From Klebsiella phage KPN8, in the sequence record OP079919.1: a DNA stretch of 64,000 nt; one strand, written 5' to 3'. A program made the translations under genes and the position numbers. A model generated the notes under the pieces. The model was not told the origin of the DNA, did no database searches, and worked only from the letters and a program-made list of their open reading frames with translations. Below, in pieces: positions 1 to 9,953 of the stretch; the stretch's first letter is position 1; every line of letters starts with the position of its first letter.

Positions 1-2
1 CA

Positions 3-323
3 AATAAAAAAGGGGAGATCAAGTTAAAGCTTCAACCGGACTTCACCCAAAATACCCAAACGTTTAAAGTCAACGTAGAACACCGCAAAGCGGTTAAAGC
101 GGTACCTATAACGTTGAGCGTCGGATACGATTTACCAGAGCGAAATGCATTTAACTCAGTAAAGGATCCCGATGTTCAAGTTTGGGTTAACATTGACGAA
201 GCCAACGACGGATGTTTGATCTACCGCATCATTGTTAAAGCGGAAGACTGGATTTACATACATGCGTCTGGATGCGCTAATGTAAGGGTCTTGAATAAAG
301 CCGAGCTAGGTAGAAAAGATTAA
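3..323 (+). CDS. hypothetical protein, 5'-truncated at window edge
   Basis: Frame is open from position 3 to the stop at 321-323 with no in-frame stop upstream. The ORF-track start at 114 is a TTG, so the gene probably begins before the window. A 16-bp-stem hairpin follows. Confidence 0.5.
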   Translation, partial: NKKGEIKLKLQPDFTQNTQTFKVNVEHRKAVKAVPITLSVGYDLPERNAFNSVKDPDVQVWVNIDEANDGCLIYRIIVKAEDWIYIHASGCANVRVLNKAELGRKD

Positions 324-333
324 CTTGGTTGAA

Positions 334-369
334 TATAACAGTTAGGGTCGTGAGACCCTAACTGTTATA
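334..369. terminator. bidirectional stem-loop terminator
   Basis: Perfect 16-bp stem TATAACAGTTAGGGTC/GACCCTAACTGTTATA with a GTGA loop, between converging genes. Confidence 0.7.
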
Positions 370-373
370 CTAT

Positions 374-1171
374 TTACTTTAATTTACCCAGTTCTGCTGT
401 TTGAGATTCAAAAACAGCGGTCAGCTCATTTAAGAGAACCAACCCAGCACCAGTAACATTAATCAACGTATTATACGTATTGATGGTATCCTGAAGCGTT
501 TTTAAACTATCCTTGTCGAAGACCAACTGGGACGTTTTGATCTTATCGACGATGATATTCCCCAGGTGATAAACTTCGTCAATACGATCAGCGAGGGAAC
601 GAATGTCAGAGGACTTAATACCTGATACCGCTCCATTGAAATGCTCGACAGTATCGTAGAAGGATTTGAATGAATCGTAATACTGGTTAAGCCGATGATG
701 AGTATTACGAGAAGACTGAATCCCTTCCATAAAGGACTGCAGATCGTTGGCCAGTGTATCCGTCTTGGTGACGCTGAACCAGAACGAAGAACCGACAGTC
801 CCCGTCTTAGCAACGTCTTTCAGCCACTTGTAAATCCGACCGGATTCCGTTAACGCGGTAGAAAGCAGCAGCGCGGTGGAAGAAACCATTTTAACATAAT
901 AGCTCCATTCGGTTTTCTCCGGATCAAAATAAGCTGGACCGGTCAAAGGAACCATTGTATGTTTAAAGTAATTTACTGTGGCGAGGTGTTTGGCTGTCTT
1001 GCCGTAATCGATAGTGTGGGCCGATGATTTAAGTTGACGAAACGCCTCTTTAAATCCACGTGATATTTCGGTCATTTTAAGTGAAAGAGACTCACCGACA
1101 GAAAGTTTTTCAGAACCGTCTATACCGAAAATAACAGGTTGCTTAACCTGTTCGATAAAACTGTTATTCAT
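374..1171 (-). CDS. hypothetical protein (265 aa)
   Basis: Long ORF converging on the hairpin at 334-369; an embedded 103-aa minus ORF in another frame is ignored. Confidence 0.75.
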   Translation of the reverse strand: MNNSFIEQVKQPVIFGIDGSEKLSVGESLSLKMTEISRGFKEAFRQLKSSAHTIDYGKTAKHLATVNYFKHTMVPLTGPAYFDPEKTEWSYYVKMVSSTALLLSTALTESGRIYKWLKDVAKTGTVGSSFWFSVTKTDTLANDLQSFMEGIQSSRNTHHRLNQYYDSFKSFYDTVEHFNGAVSGIKSSDIRSLADRIDEVYHLGNIIVDKIKTSQLVFDKDSLKTLQDTINTYNTLINVTGAGLVLLNELTAVFESQTAELGKLK

Positions 1172-1230
1172 TACTGGCGCTCCGTATTATTAGGTCAATA
1201 GCGTTTTTCATAGAATCCAAGAGGTAAACG

Positions 1231-2685
1231 ATGAGTACCCCTTTTCAATTTTTACAAAATGTAAAAAGCAGCCCGATGGTTCACATCGGTTTTAACTATA
1301 GTCCGCTTTTTGATATGATCAATGGCCGGTTCTTTAAGGGATACGATGAACAGTATTACCTGAACGGTGGGATCATGGACAACAACGCCACAGTAGGAGG
1401 AAGCAACACGCAGAAAACTGGACAGTTGGTATTCGCCTGCCGTCGTTTCCTGCAACGTTTCCCTATGGGGGTAATCATCTATGTTGACAGCGAGTCCACG
1501 TTAGATATTGGACGATTGGCTGATGCTGTCGATGCTGATTTCGGTATCCCTGGGTACTTCTACGATGAGATCTTCGACAAACGGTTCATCTATAAAACGA
1601 GTAAAGATGAATTCGATGGCACCGCTTTCCACAATCTCATCAAAGACGCTTACAACAACTTCAAGGACAACAAAGACAACCCGGACATGTATGTCCAAAC
1701 TCCGTTCTTGGATAAAGAAAATAAACGGATCAAATGTATTGCGCCGATCATGGTTATCTGTGATTCTTTAAGCGACCTTCGTTTCACCGAGGCTTCCGCC
1801 AAATTCACAGAAGGTGACGTGGACGAGGGTGGTAAGAAACGTACTCGTGATATGGAGTTCGGTAACCTCAAGCGCGTCGTCTTTGAAGACTCCAGCAACC
1901 TGGGTGGTATCGCCGGCCTCAGACTGTGGTGGGTGGGTCAGATCGCCGACATGATTAACATGGACGGTAAGCCGATGGAGAAACAATCCACCTTCATCCG
2001 TCCGGGTAAGAAGATCGCCAAGTGCCCTAAAGCGATTCTCCAGCTCCCGAGCATCGGGTTCGAGATCATCAAAGGCAGTGGGTTGAAAGTCGATCAAGAA
2101 TGGATGTACCCGAATCCATTCGGTCGCGATGTTGTTATCGACGCCGACGCCAGAGAAAACCCCGATCTCTTACTTTACAGCTTTACAATGTATCGTAATA
2201 AAGGCGGGAGTTCCGGACTACAATGTTCTTTCATCGGTTCTCAGTCAGACGGCATCCAGGAAGGACTGAGTATGTATCACACCATTAAAACCGACGGTTA
2301 TTTCGGTTTAAGTGTTGGTAGTAAAGTCAGCCACGCCTGCGACCTTATACCAGACCTTAAGGTTGGCCGAACAACCATTCGTAAAATCGTTAATGAGAAC
2401 CACCAATTCTACAGGGCGATTACTATCTGTTACCAGATGTGGTTCATGCAGAACTATTGGATGCGTTTGGATCACAAATACCGCATGACGCCAGCCGAAT
2501 TATATGCGAAGGTGGCTGAAGCCGGTTACGACTGGACAGAACTATTGGAAAACTCCGTCGATTACTGGCATCTCAACCCGGACATCAAGAAACATACTCT
2601 GACCACCATGCAGCTGTTGGCTGTTGCGTGTGGCGAAGGTTCTATTCCGTGGGCTTCTAATCGTTTATTAAAGCAAGCGGCATAA
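1231..2685 (+). CDS. hypothetical protein (484 aa); faint RecA/UvsX-like resemblance only
   Basis: GAGG ribosome-binding site 7 nt upstream of the ATG. Motifs GGSNTQKT (degenerate P-loop-like) and VIIYVDSESTL resemble RecA hhhhDS. A terminator hairpin follows. Confidence 0.75.
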   Translation: MSTPFQFLQNVKSSPMVHIGFNYSPLFDMINGRFFKGYDEQYYLNGGIMDNNATVGGSNTQKTGQLVFACRRFLQRFPMGVIIYVDSESTLDIGRLADAVDADFGIPGYFYDEIFDKRFIYKTSKDEFDGTAFHNLIKDAYNNFKDNKDNPDMYVQTPFLDKENKRIKCIAPIMVICDSLSDLRFTEASAKFTEGDVDEGGKKRTRDMEFGNLKRVVFEDSSNLGGIAGLRLWWVGQIADMINMDGKPMEKQSTFIRPGKKIAKCPKAILQLPSIGFEIIKGSGLKVDQEWMYPNPFGRDVVIDADARENPDLLLYSFTMYRNKGGSSGLQCSFIGSQSDGIQEGLSMYHTIKTDGYFGLSVGSKVSHACDLIPDLKVGRTTIRKIVNENHQFYRAITICYQMWFMQNYWMRLDHKYRMTPAELYAKVAEAGYDWTELLENSVDYWHLNPDIKKHTLTTMQLLAVACGEGSIPWASNRLLKQAA

Positions 2686-2691
2686 TTTGAA

Positions 2692-2724
2692 GGGGAGGGA
2701 GACCTCCCCCTACTTTTATTATTT
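2692..2724 (+). terminator. rho-independent terminator
   Basis: GGGGAGG-GAGA-CCTCCCC followed by TACTTTTATTATTT. Confidence 0.65.
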
Positions 2725-2740
2725 AAGGATTATTAGGGTT

Positions 2741-3109
2741 ATGATTAAACCAGAACTAACCATTTTGATTGTCTCGGATTCTAACTTTAAGAATCTTTGT
2801 GAAGACCCGACGAGTTATGTCGAAAAACTCTACGGCATCTTAAACAATCGGTATAAGGTTCCTATCAAGATCATTACGGTCAGTGGTCGTTACGGTCTCA
2901 GCGCAATCGATAGTAACATTGAGACGCTCGATGTTGAAGATCGCAATAAGACGCTGTTTACCCAAACTATCGAGAACCACGCTGCGGTATTTGACGAACT
3001 GCAGATCATTTCTTTAAGTAACATCGTGGATCCCTTTATCGAAGGTGTAGCGGATACCATGAGTGCGTTACAAAAGAACATTACTCGTTATTCGTACAAA
3101 CGTAAGTAG
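2741..3109 (+). CDS. hypothetical protein (~122 aa)
   Basis: The ORF-track ORF 2687..3109 overlaps the upstream terminator hairpin; the internal ATG at 2741 (MIKPELTIL) is the likelier start. Confidence 0.6.
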   Translation: MIKPELTILIVSDSNFKNLCEDPTSYVEKLYGILNNRYKVPIKIITVSGRYGLSAIDSNIETLDVEDRNKTLFTQTIENHAAVFDELQIISLSNIVDPFIEGVADTMSALQKNITRYSYKRK

Positions 3110-3115
3110 GTTAAC

Positions 3116-3790
3116 ATGGGTAACAGAAAAGCTGCCGAAGACGTTATTTTGGATTTCGTGGGTAAACTCACTAAAGGTGGGTTTAACCTGAAGGTCTATA
3201 CCGACCTTTTTAAAAACATGAACGACGCTCAGTTTGAACAGTTTATCGATAAGATCGATAAACAAGGTGGTATGCCGCTATGGACATCCAACTGGGATAA
3301 GAACGAGCACATCGAATACGACACTGTCCTCGGACTAGCCAAAGAATACGGGGTGGAACTCGAGACCCAACTCATTATCACCGACGAAGACACTGGTGTA
3401 GAACTCATTACACCAGAAACTTATTTGGTTGGGATAGCCGAGATCCGTAAACAGCGTCAGATGCTCGTCAAAAAGTTTGGTGCTGCTAAAGACGACACCA
3501 GCACCGACGACTTAACGGGTCAGGTCGTTGGCGATAGCCGAGGGACGGGTATTTCCTCCCCAGAGATTAAGATCCTTATGGCGCTCGGGCTCAACACCGT
3601 GGCAAAAGAGATCTACGATGTCAAAGGCGGTGATGAAAAGGCATTGGACGTTTACAGAACAGAACTCATGGAGACTGGATCAACTAACGTTAACAACGCC
3701 TTGAAGCGGGGCAGTGGCGTCAAATCCCTTCAGACCACCCACTATCTGTTTAACGCCCGACACATCGAAAACAATATCGATAAGAGGTAA
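3116..3790 (+). CDS. hypothetical protein (224 aa)
   Basis: Long ORF, tightly packed with its neighbours. Confidence 0.8.
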   Translation: MGNRKAAEDVILDFVGKLTKGGFNLKVYTDLFKNMNDAQFEQFIDKIDKQGGMPLWTSNWDKNEHIEYDTVLGLAKEYGVELETQLIITDEDTGVELITPETYLVGIAEIRKQRQMLVKKFGAAKDDTSTDDLTGQVVGDSRGTGISSPEIKILMALGLNTVAKEIYDVKGGDEKALDVYRTELMETGSTNVNNALKRGSGVKSLQTTHYLFNARHIENNIDKR

Positions 3791-3792
3791 CG

Positions 3793-4221
3793 ATGGAACA
3801 CATCAATCGAGCTGTAGAAGTCTGGGCTCAAGAATTTGCTACGCTGGCAGAAATCGACGAGCTCAAAGTTCTGCAAGATGCGATCAGTAATGCGATCATT
3901 ACGAAGAGCATCCTTTCTTTTGACGAAGGCGTTTCTGAGCTCGAGCAAAGTTTATCCGCCCAGCCGGAGTACTACGATCAAATCCATGGTGTGATCTTCC
4001 GGCTATTGGCTGAGGTTCCTTTGGATAAGCTTAAAGCTGAACTTAACGAGATCGTTACGGAAATGAATGAAACGGGGTATTTCAAACACTTACGCCCCAC
4101 TCTGGATACTCCGATGGATGTTTTCTGTTTCGTTTTAAAGATCTACTACAAACAGATCATTGCAGAGCTGGGCCGGCACATTCAAATCCCTACGAAGAAA
4201 ACTCGCCCTACCAACGTGTAA
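3793..4221 (+). CDS. hypothetical protein (142 aa)
   Basis: ORF starting 3 nt after the previous stop. Confidence 0.75.
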   Translation: MEHINRAVEVWAQEFATLAEIDELKVLQDAISNAIITKSILSFDEGVSELEQSLSAQPEYYDQIHGVIFRLLAEVPLDKLKAELNEIVTEMNETGYFKHLRPTLDTPMDVFCFVLKIYYKQIIAELGRHIQIPTKKTRPTNV

Positions 4222-4230
4222 AGGATTCTC

Positions 4231-4929
4231 ATGAACACGCTTAACGTTTACACCGAACTCGATTCACTTTTTGATTCCCGGCGTGCGACTTTGGAATCAC
4301 TCCTCCCTAGTAATGAAACCTGGGAAGGTGTTTACGCCAAGCAGTATAAAGAACGTAAGCTGGATCTATTCGAACGAAAAGAACTCGGGATAACCCAATC
4401 CATTTACGAACAGGCTTATGACAAAAGAGACCTGTCTTTATTCACCAACATCAAACCGACTCAAGTACTGAGCAAGCTCCTGCTGTTAGTACTGGATAGC
4501 GAACAACTGGTCGGTAAACCAATCGCTTTAAACGTCGTCAATATCACCATTAATCTTTATCCCTACGATCTTGACGAAGATTTGGTTAACGAGTTAGAAA
4601 AAAATATCAAACAAGCTTTGGTTTTCAAAAACGAACTCACTTTTGTTTCCAAGCCTCCTACCGAACTGGACGCAAGGTATTTTAAAAACTTCGATAATGT
4701 TTTTAAATACGACATCCTGATCGGTAAAGATTCTAAAACGTTCATGGAATCCTTAGCGAAAACTCCTATTAAAGACACGAAGTTCTTCGTACCGGATCTT
4801 TACGTTAAACAACCGGATAACGGGATCGTTTGCTCCCCTGAAGAACTTGTTGAAAGTTTTAGTTTAGTGCTTGCGCCAGCGCTTACATTACTTTGCGTCC
4901 GACATAGCGTTTATGATTACATGGAATAA
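4231..4929 (+). CDS. hypothetical protein (232 aa)
   Basis: ORF followed by a perfect 11-bp-stem hairpin. Confidence 0.8.
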   Translation: MNTLNVYTELDSLFDSRRATLESLLPSNETWEGVYAKQYKERKLDLFERKELGITQSIYEQAYDKRDLSLFTNIKPTQVLSKLLLLVLDSEQLVGKPIALNVVNITINLYPYDLDEDLVNELEKNIKQALVFKNELTFVSKPPTELDARYFKNFDNVFKYDILIGKDSKTFMESLAKTPIKDTKFFVPDLYVKQPDNGIVCSPEELVESFSLVLAPALTLLCVRHSVYDYME

Positions 4930-4931
4930 CA

Positions 4932-4956
4932 GGAGAGAGGGCAATGCCCTCTCTCC
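4932..4956. terminator. bidirectional terminator
   Basis: GGAGAGAGGGC-AAT-GCCCTCTCTCC, an 11-bp perfect stem between converging genes. Confidence 0.7.
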
Positions 4957-4960
4957 CATT

Positions 4961-5455
4961 TTATACTGATGGCTTAACAATTTCACCTTCAAAGTCAACT
5001 GATATGGCGCCCATATCAAGTTCTTTGTCTTTGATCCTGCCGATATCGGCGAGTTGTGAAAGAGGAACATTAGGATCCAGGAAGGTAGGTTGACCTGGCG
5101 CGAAACTAGGAAGTTTTAATTCACCGGTGCTTAATGACTGAAGTGCGTCGACCATTTGTTTGAATGAAACTTTATTGTCTTCATTCTCTTTTTTCTTCGC
5201 ACGTTCTTTTCGATCATCCCTTACTGATTTTTCAAGCTGAGTCAGCAAGGAGGAGATCGCTTCGAGTAGTTTAGGATCACCTGGTTTATTGGAGTAAGCC
5301 ATAGAGGCGATGTCCAGTATCATACTACGGTGCGACTGCACTGCCTGAATGAGCTGAGTCTGTTCAATATCTTCGTCAGTCGGATGGAGAGCAGCATTGA
5401 TTGCAGACATCACCTTTTCTATCCGTATCTGAACGGGTGCTTTTTCGTCCATCAT
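4961..5455 (-). CDS. hypothetical protein (164 aa)
   Basis: Minus-strand ORF converging on the hairpin at 4932-4956. Confidence 0.75.
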   Translation of the reverse strand: MMDEKAPVQIRIEKVMSAINAALHPTDEDIEQTQLIQAVQSHRSMILDIASMAYSNKPGDPKLLEAISSLLTQLEKSVRDDRKERAKKKENEDNKVSFKQMVDALQSLSTGELKLPSFAPGQPTFLDPNVPLSQLADIGRIKDKELDMGAISVDFEGEIVKPSV

Positions 5456-5467
5456 AATTTTTTAAAC

Positions 5468-5482
5468 CTACATTATCAAGGT
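5468..5482 (+). promoter_or_regulatory. conserved 15-mer CTACATTATCAAGGT (candidate promoter element)
   Basis: Identical except for one base to 41941-41955; 44 nt upstream of the ATG at 5526. Confidence 0.4.
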
Positions 5483-5525
5483 AGTGGAATAAATAAAATG
5501 TTTTTAGCCCTTAGGGAACGTTAAC

Positions 5526-6119
5526 ATGCTTAAGAAATTTTTCAACTGGCTGGGGTTTAAAAGCAAATCGATAGGTAAGGCAGATACCCCGTTAGACGTC
5601 ATAGAACGCATCAGGGAAGGCTTTCTTCCTAAGAACATGCGAAGCTTAGATAAACCGTTGTCTCTTCTATACGATTTAATTAAGACGCTTCCTGAGCTGG
5701 AATACAATGATTATAAAAAGTTACAGCGTAACACAGTTAAGGTTAGATCGCTGAGTTCGTTAGACATGTTCCATCTTTTAAAATCATCAGTTTTATCCAG
5801 CCAAGCGGAATATATGGATGCGGTGCAACGTTTAAATAGCGTCGCTACTGAAAGGCCCTTTCTTCATTGGTACTCTGGAGAGGAAAGCGCTGTCGCACTT
5901 AACGAATTGTTTTTAAAACTTCTACCTAAAATAATCCTTTTCCACCAACTTAACAACCAGAGTACATTTCAGCAGAATGAAGACATGGGTGGATTTACGA
6001 ATATCGAAATCCGGTTCTTTAGTTCTGTTCAGCTAAGATATATGGTCGAAGACTATATTAGCATGTTGGAAGTGTTACTCTCACATCATTTTGGAGGCTC
6101 GGTTGAAGAAGCCCACTAA
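5526..6119 (+). CDS. hypothetical protein (197 aa)
   Basis: ORF preceded by the conserved CTACATTATCAAGGT motif 44 nt upstream. Confidence 0.8.
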   Translation: MLKKFFNWLGFKSKSIGKADTPLDVIERIREGFLPKNMRSLDKPLSLLYDLIKTLPELEYNDYKKLQRNTVKVRSLSSLDMFHLLKSSVLSSQAEYMDAVQRLNSVATERPFLHWYSGEESAVALNELFLKLLPKIILFHQLNNQSTFQQNEDMGGFTNIEIRFFSSVQLRYMVEDYISMLEVLLSHHFGGSVEEAH

Positions 6120-6519
6120 ACATCCCGTAGAACTTGAAATCTCTAAGTTGTCCAATAACTCATGTGCCGACAGTGATCTGGCCGACGAGCCCGCAAGGTT
6201 ATTCCGTAAGCTTTTACGTAAACTTAACATGAATGTTGACAAGCTCTGTTTGCTTATGAACGAATATGTTAAGTGGACCGTAACGGGAGAGGACGAGGCT
6301 GAAATCAGAAAAAGACGTTCCTACACAATGGGGAACATTAAGGATACTTACTTTAAGAACCCCACACTGACTTTCAGTAAACTTATCGAGGGATTAAGTA
6401 TCCTGAGAATGAGCAAAGTGGAAGTTATCCTACGGGTCTATGATAAGAAAGGTAACATGACCGAGGTCTCAGAAACTGTGAGAATCATCAGTAGCCCCGA
6501 CGACAAAAAAGACGATTAA
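6091..6519 (+). CDS. hypothetical protein (142 aa)
   Basis: ORF overlapping the upstream gene by 29 nt; a terminator hairpin follows. Confidence 0.7.
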   Translation: MEARLKKPTKHPVELEISKLSNNSCADSDLADEPARLFRKLLRKLNMNVDKLCLLMNEYVKWTVTGEDEAEIRKRRSYTMGNIKDTYFKNPTLTFSKLIEGLSILRMSKVEVILRVYDKKGNMTEVSETVRIISSPDDKKDD

Positions 6520-6531
6520 TCTTATAGCCCG

Positions 6532-6580
6532 AATACTCCTACCTTAGGGTAGGAGTATTTAACCCTATTATTTATTTTTT
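6532..6580 (+). terminator. rho-independent terminator
   Basis: AATACTCCTACC-TTAG-GGTAGGAGTATT followed by a T-rich run. Confidence 0.7.
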
Positions 6581-6591
6581 AGGATATCGTC

Positions 6592-7710
6592 ATGGACTTA
6601 AATCCCAGCACTATTTTCGACAATATCAATTTTAATTCTCCAGTAGAAGACATCAAAAAAGAAGCGGATACTAAACTCGCTGATTTAAAAGGTAGCGTTC
6701 TTAACCCTATCAGCTCTAGTACCGCAAGGATTAAAGATGGGATCGCCCTGTTAAACAACATGGACACTAAGTTTAAGCAAGCGGTGACGGAATTTAAATC
6801 TGACGTCATGGGCGTCGCCAACAGTATTATCGGTACCCTTCAAGATGGGTACTTCACCATTAATGAATTAGTAAGTATGGTCATAGGTGCTTATACCAGC
6901 CTGACTAATCTTGCTAACATTGGGGACGATCTAAAATCCATACTGGGGACTAACGTCAGCAATATCGACGGGTTCTTAGATCGGTTCAGCAACATCTTCG
7001 TCAACAGCATTAACACGAAGGTAAGAGCTAGCGGGTACAAATCCAACACGGTTAGTAAAGGTGGCGAATTCCTCACCATCACTCAGAGTAATAACAATCC
7101 GTCTTCTCAAGCCATCATCGCAGCGTTGGGCAAGCTGTCAGTAGGTGATCTTCAGGATTCTTACGATAGCTCAGTTTCTACCGCGGTATACAGCACCCTC
7201 TTAGCACAAGCCGTTTCCAGTGGATTGACTTCTTCCTACGCCGATCTTTATAACAAGATCACGGATAAAACCGAAGCCGATAAGGCAGTTGTCTCAGCAA
7301 TAGGTAACGCTCTTGCCAACGGCGATCTGACTTCAATTGAAAATCTCTTAGCGTTGATTACTAACAGCGGAGCGAAACTCACTATTGGTTCCACCTATCC
7401 CAATGCTGCCGAAACTCTGTTAAGTAAATATAAACCTCTGGATTCTCAAGATGTTTCAGATTACCCGGCTATCTCCGAACAGCTGAAAACTATCTTGGTT
7501 CTCTTTGGGGGAGTCAACTGGTGGAAAGTCTACACTTCATTAGGTTGGGTTCCTAATTTACTTATTGCTTCTAAGCTATCAAGCAGTGTCAGGGATATTT
7601 GGATGGAAGACTCTGAACTCTTTGCATTAGTGGCTTGCAAAGGTTTCTTTAAAGAGATGACCGCGCGTAAAGCCTTCTTAACCAACTTTCCACAAACCCC
7701 GATAAGTTAA
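6592..7710 (+). CDS. hypothetical protein (372 aa), possibly virion-associated
   Basis: Long ORF with a T-rich plus AGGA leader; followed by a 16-bp-stem bidirectional hairpin. Confidence 0.8.
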   Translation: MDLNPSTIFDNINFNSPVEDIKKEADTKLADLKGSVLNPISSSTARIKDGIALLNNMDTKFKQAVTEFKSDVMGVANSIIGTLQDGYFTINELVSMVIGAYTSLTNLANIGDDLKSILGTNVSNIDGFLDRFSNIFVNSINTKVRASGYKSNTVSKGGEFLTITQSNNNPSSQAIIAALGKLSVGDLQDSYDSSVSTAVYSTLLAQAVSSGLTSSYADLYNKITDKTEADKAVVSAIGNALANGDLTSIENLLALITNSGAKLTIGSTYPNAAETLLSKYKPLDSQDVSDYPAISEQLKTILVLFGGVNWWKVYTSLGWVPNLLIASKLSSSVRDIWMEDSELFALVACKGFFKEMTARKAFLTNFPQTPIS

Positions 7711-7745
7711 ATAACTACCGTCTCCCAAAGGGAGACGGTAGTTAT
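7711..7745. terminator. bidirectional terminator
   Basis: ATAACTACCGTCTCCC-AAA-GGGAGACGGTAGTTAT, a 16-bp stem. Confidence 0.75.
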
Positions 7746-7760
7746 AATTAGATCATTTTT

Positions 7761-9911
7761 TTATCTTGGGAATTGTTGGTGGAAAAGGCGTCCAACATCA
7801 TTTAGGATCGAGTCGTTCACAATACCCGCGATATTACCCGCAGAAACAGACTGACTTATCGAGTTCTTAGCCGTGGTTAATCTCCTTGAGAGTTTGTTCC
7901 ATCTTAAAACGGTATCAAGGTAATCGGAACCGGACAATCTCGTAATGTAGTCGGTATATTTCCCGGTATCGATCAACATCCTGTTAACTGCTTCGGCAGG
8001 GTTCGTCATATCGAGTAAAGAGACTGCCCTGGAGATAGGAAGCGAGACATGTTTCTCTAAATCGACAAAGGAGATATCAACAGTACAGTTCAACGGTTTA
8101 CGGTCTTTCTTCCAACCACCAACACCTTGTCCAAAGGAGATCGTTGCGGAATCGACCATACACGTTCTCATGATGGCACGACTCTTAGAAAAGATCTTAC
8201 ACAGGAAGGGTGATGTGTGAGCTGAAGGACCTGCGCTTAACGGCAGAATGATCGGCATCAATAATGATAACGGAACCCAGATATTCATCAGCTGTGAATA
8301 AGGGTGTGCGTAAGTCGCCTCAAAATAGAAACGATAAGTTTCTTTATGTAGGTTTGCTGACGATTCGGCCCAGTGATCCGGAATGTTGATATAAGAGTTG
8401 TTCATTAACGCCATGGGAATGTTAGCGATCCCTATGGAGTTAATCCCGCCCATAGCAACTTCTTTCAATCCACTAATAACGCCGTCAACAACACCAACAC
8501 CCGTCATTCCTCCGGCTAAATCAAAACGAAGATCGTTAGCCGCCTTTGACATACTGTTGAATTTATCCGCTACAGCAGACTGAGTTGCAGAGCTAGAGAA
8601 GTTATCCGTTACTTCGCCAAGATGTTCTACTCGCCAAGTAATAGCATCTAGACCGCCGTACCAGGAAGTCTTAACGAGATCAGCAACTTGTCCCGCCCAC
8701 GAAGAGTCAGTGACATTATCCGTAGCCGCAGTTAATCTCGCTGTAACGGATTCCAGACTCTCCGAAGCAGAGGAGAACTCACCTTGCCCAGAAGAGGCCG
8801 TGGTGGTCGTTCCGCTTCCGTCAGTATTCATTGACGAAGCATCCGATGGTGCGGCAGTCGCCGTCCCCGTCCCGGTCGTATCCGTGGTAATCGCTTGCGG
8901 GAGTATGCTCGTGTAAGCATCTTGATCGGTAAACGCCGAGGCTTTCTCCGGGTAATACCCTTCTTCTTTAGCACGATATTTACCGGTGGCGTTCAATTCC
9001 TTTTGCATCAACTCATTGACACCATACTGTTTCCCAGAGAGAGTTTCAGCATTGAACTGGATGTTTTTGGCAATATCTGCCATCGCATCGTATTTTTCCT
9101 GGGCGGAGTTAATGGTACGTTCGTTGAGCTTCTCAATTTCGGATAAGAACTTCCGATATTTTCTCGTCCCTAGTGAGACCAGTCGAATAACGTCAATTGT
9201 TCCATCGTCATTGATGCAGTCCGGGAATAATGCGTTTAATCGCGCTATCTCATTATAGTAATTCCCGGCTTCTTCTGGATCAACACCATTGATAGGCGCT
9301 CCTGGTGGTTTCTTAATAGCAAGAACGGGTTTTATAAATCCTTGAGCTGTAGCGACGTCGTTTAAGAAGTTATTAGCTGCAGTCAGGTACATCCCCATGC
9401 TAGGCTTCACATAATAATACTGATTGCGCGGGGTATCCATGAGGAAGTCTAAGAACGTCATCCCGATACTGATCAGCTGGATGGGCCAGAATGCCAAAGT
9501 CCCTAACCCCTGACCGAAATAAAACGCCAGGCTGGGGCTACGACCTTTATTAGCCTGAATAGCCGCTACTGGGTCGAACATGCGTTCTAAGAAAGTCAAT
9601 ATCCCTGTGAATTCCGGAACCCCAACAGTGATGGTAAGAAGAGACGCATTATCGTCATAGATCTTCTTATATTGCGTTCCCATCCCGCCGTATGAGGAAG
9701 ACAAAAATTGGGAATAACGCGGGTCTGTCGCTGGACCGAATTGAGGGACTGGGTTGATGTACCGGTTATCCCCAATCGCGCTACTGAAAAAGTTGTAATA
9801 AAGGTCTTTGTTAAGGTGATCTCGGATAGTGACGTTATCTATCCCAGTGCACATTAATTTGAAAGACTTAGCGATGAGATTTCTATCTCGTAAAGATATG
9901 CTGTTAGCCAC
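7761..9911 (-). CDS. hypothetical protein (716 aa), likely structural (Thr/Gly/Ser-rich central segment)
   Basis: GTG start with AGGAGA 7 nt upstream; lies directly downstream of the giant virion gene on the same strand. Confidence 0.75.
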   Translation of the reverse strand: MANSISLRDRNLIAKSFKLMCTGIDNVTIRDHLNKDLYYNFFSSAIGDNRYINPVPQFGPATDPRYSQFLSSSYGGMGTQYKKIYDDNASLLTITVGVPEFTGILTFLERMFDPVAAIQANKGRSPSLAFYFGQGLGTLAFWPIQLISIGMTFLDFLMDTPRNQYYYVKPSMGMYLTAANNFLNDVATAQGFIKPVLAIKKPPGAPINGVDPEEAGNYYNEIARLNALFPDCINDDGTIDVIRLVSLGTRKYRKFLSEIEKLNERTINSAQEKYDAMADIAKNIQFNAETLSGKQYGVNELMQKELNATGKYRAKEEGYYPEKASAFTDQDAYTSILPQAITTDTTGTGTATAAPSDASSMNTDGSGTTTTASSGQGEFSSASESLESVTARLTAATDNVTDSSWAGQVADLVKTSWYGGLDAITWRVEHLGEVTDNFSSSATQSAVADKFNSMSKAANDLRFDLAGGMTGVGVVDGVISGLKEVAMGGINSIGIANIPMALMNNSYINIPDHWAESSANLHKETYRFYFEATYAHPYSQLMNIWVPLSLLMPIILPLSAGPSAHTSPFLCKIFSKSRAIMRTCMVDSATISFGQGVGGWKKDRKPLNCTVDISFVDLEKHVSLPISRAVSLLDMTNPAEAVNRMLIDTGKYTDYITRLSGSDYLDTVLRWNKLSRRLTTAKNSISQSVSAGNIAGIVNDSILNDVGRLFHQQFPR

Positions 9912-9928
9912 GCCGTGTCTCCTGATTG

Positions 9929-9950
9929 GTGGGGCTTTCGCCCCACCGTA
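9929..9950 (-). other. intergenic stem-loop between the giant gene and the downstream 716-aa gene
   Basis: GGTGGGGC-GAAA-GCCCCACC on the minus strand, with no T-run, immediately upstream of the AGGAGA ribosome-binding site; a possible processing or stability element rather than a terminator. Confidence 0.4.
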
Positions 9951-9953
9951 TGG

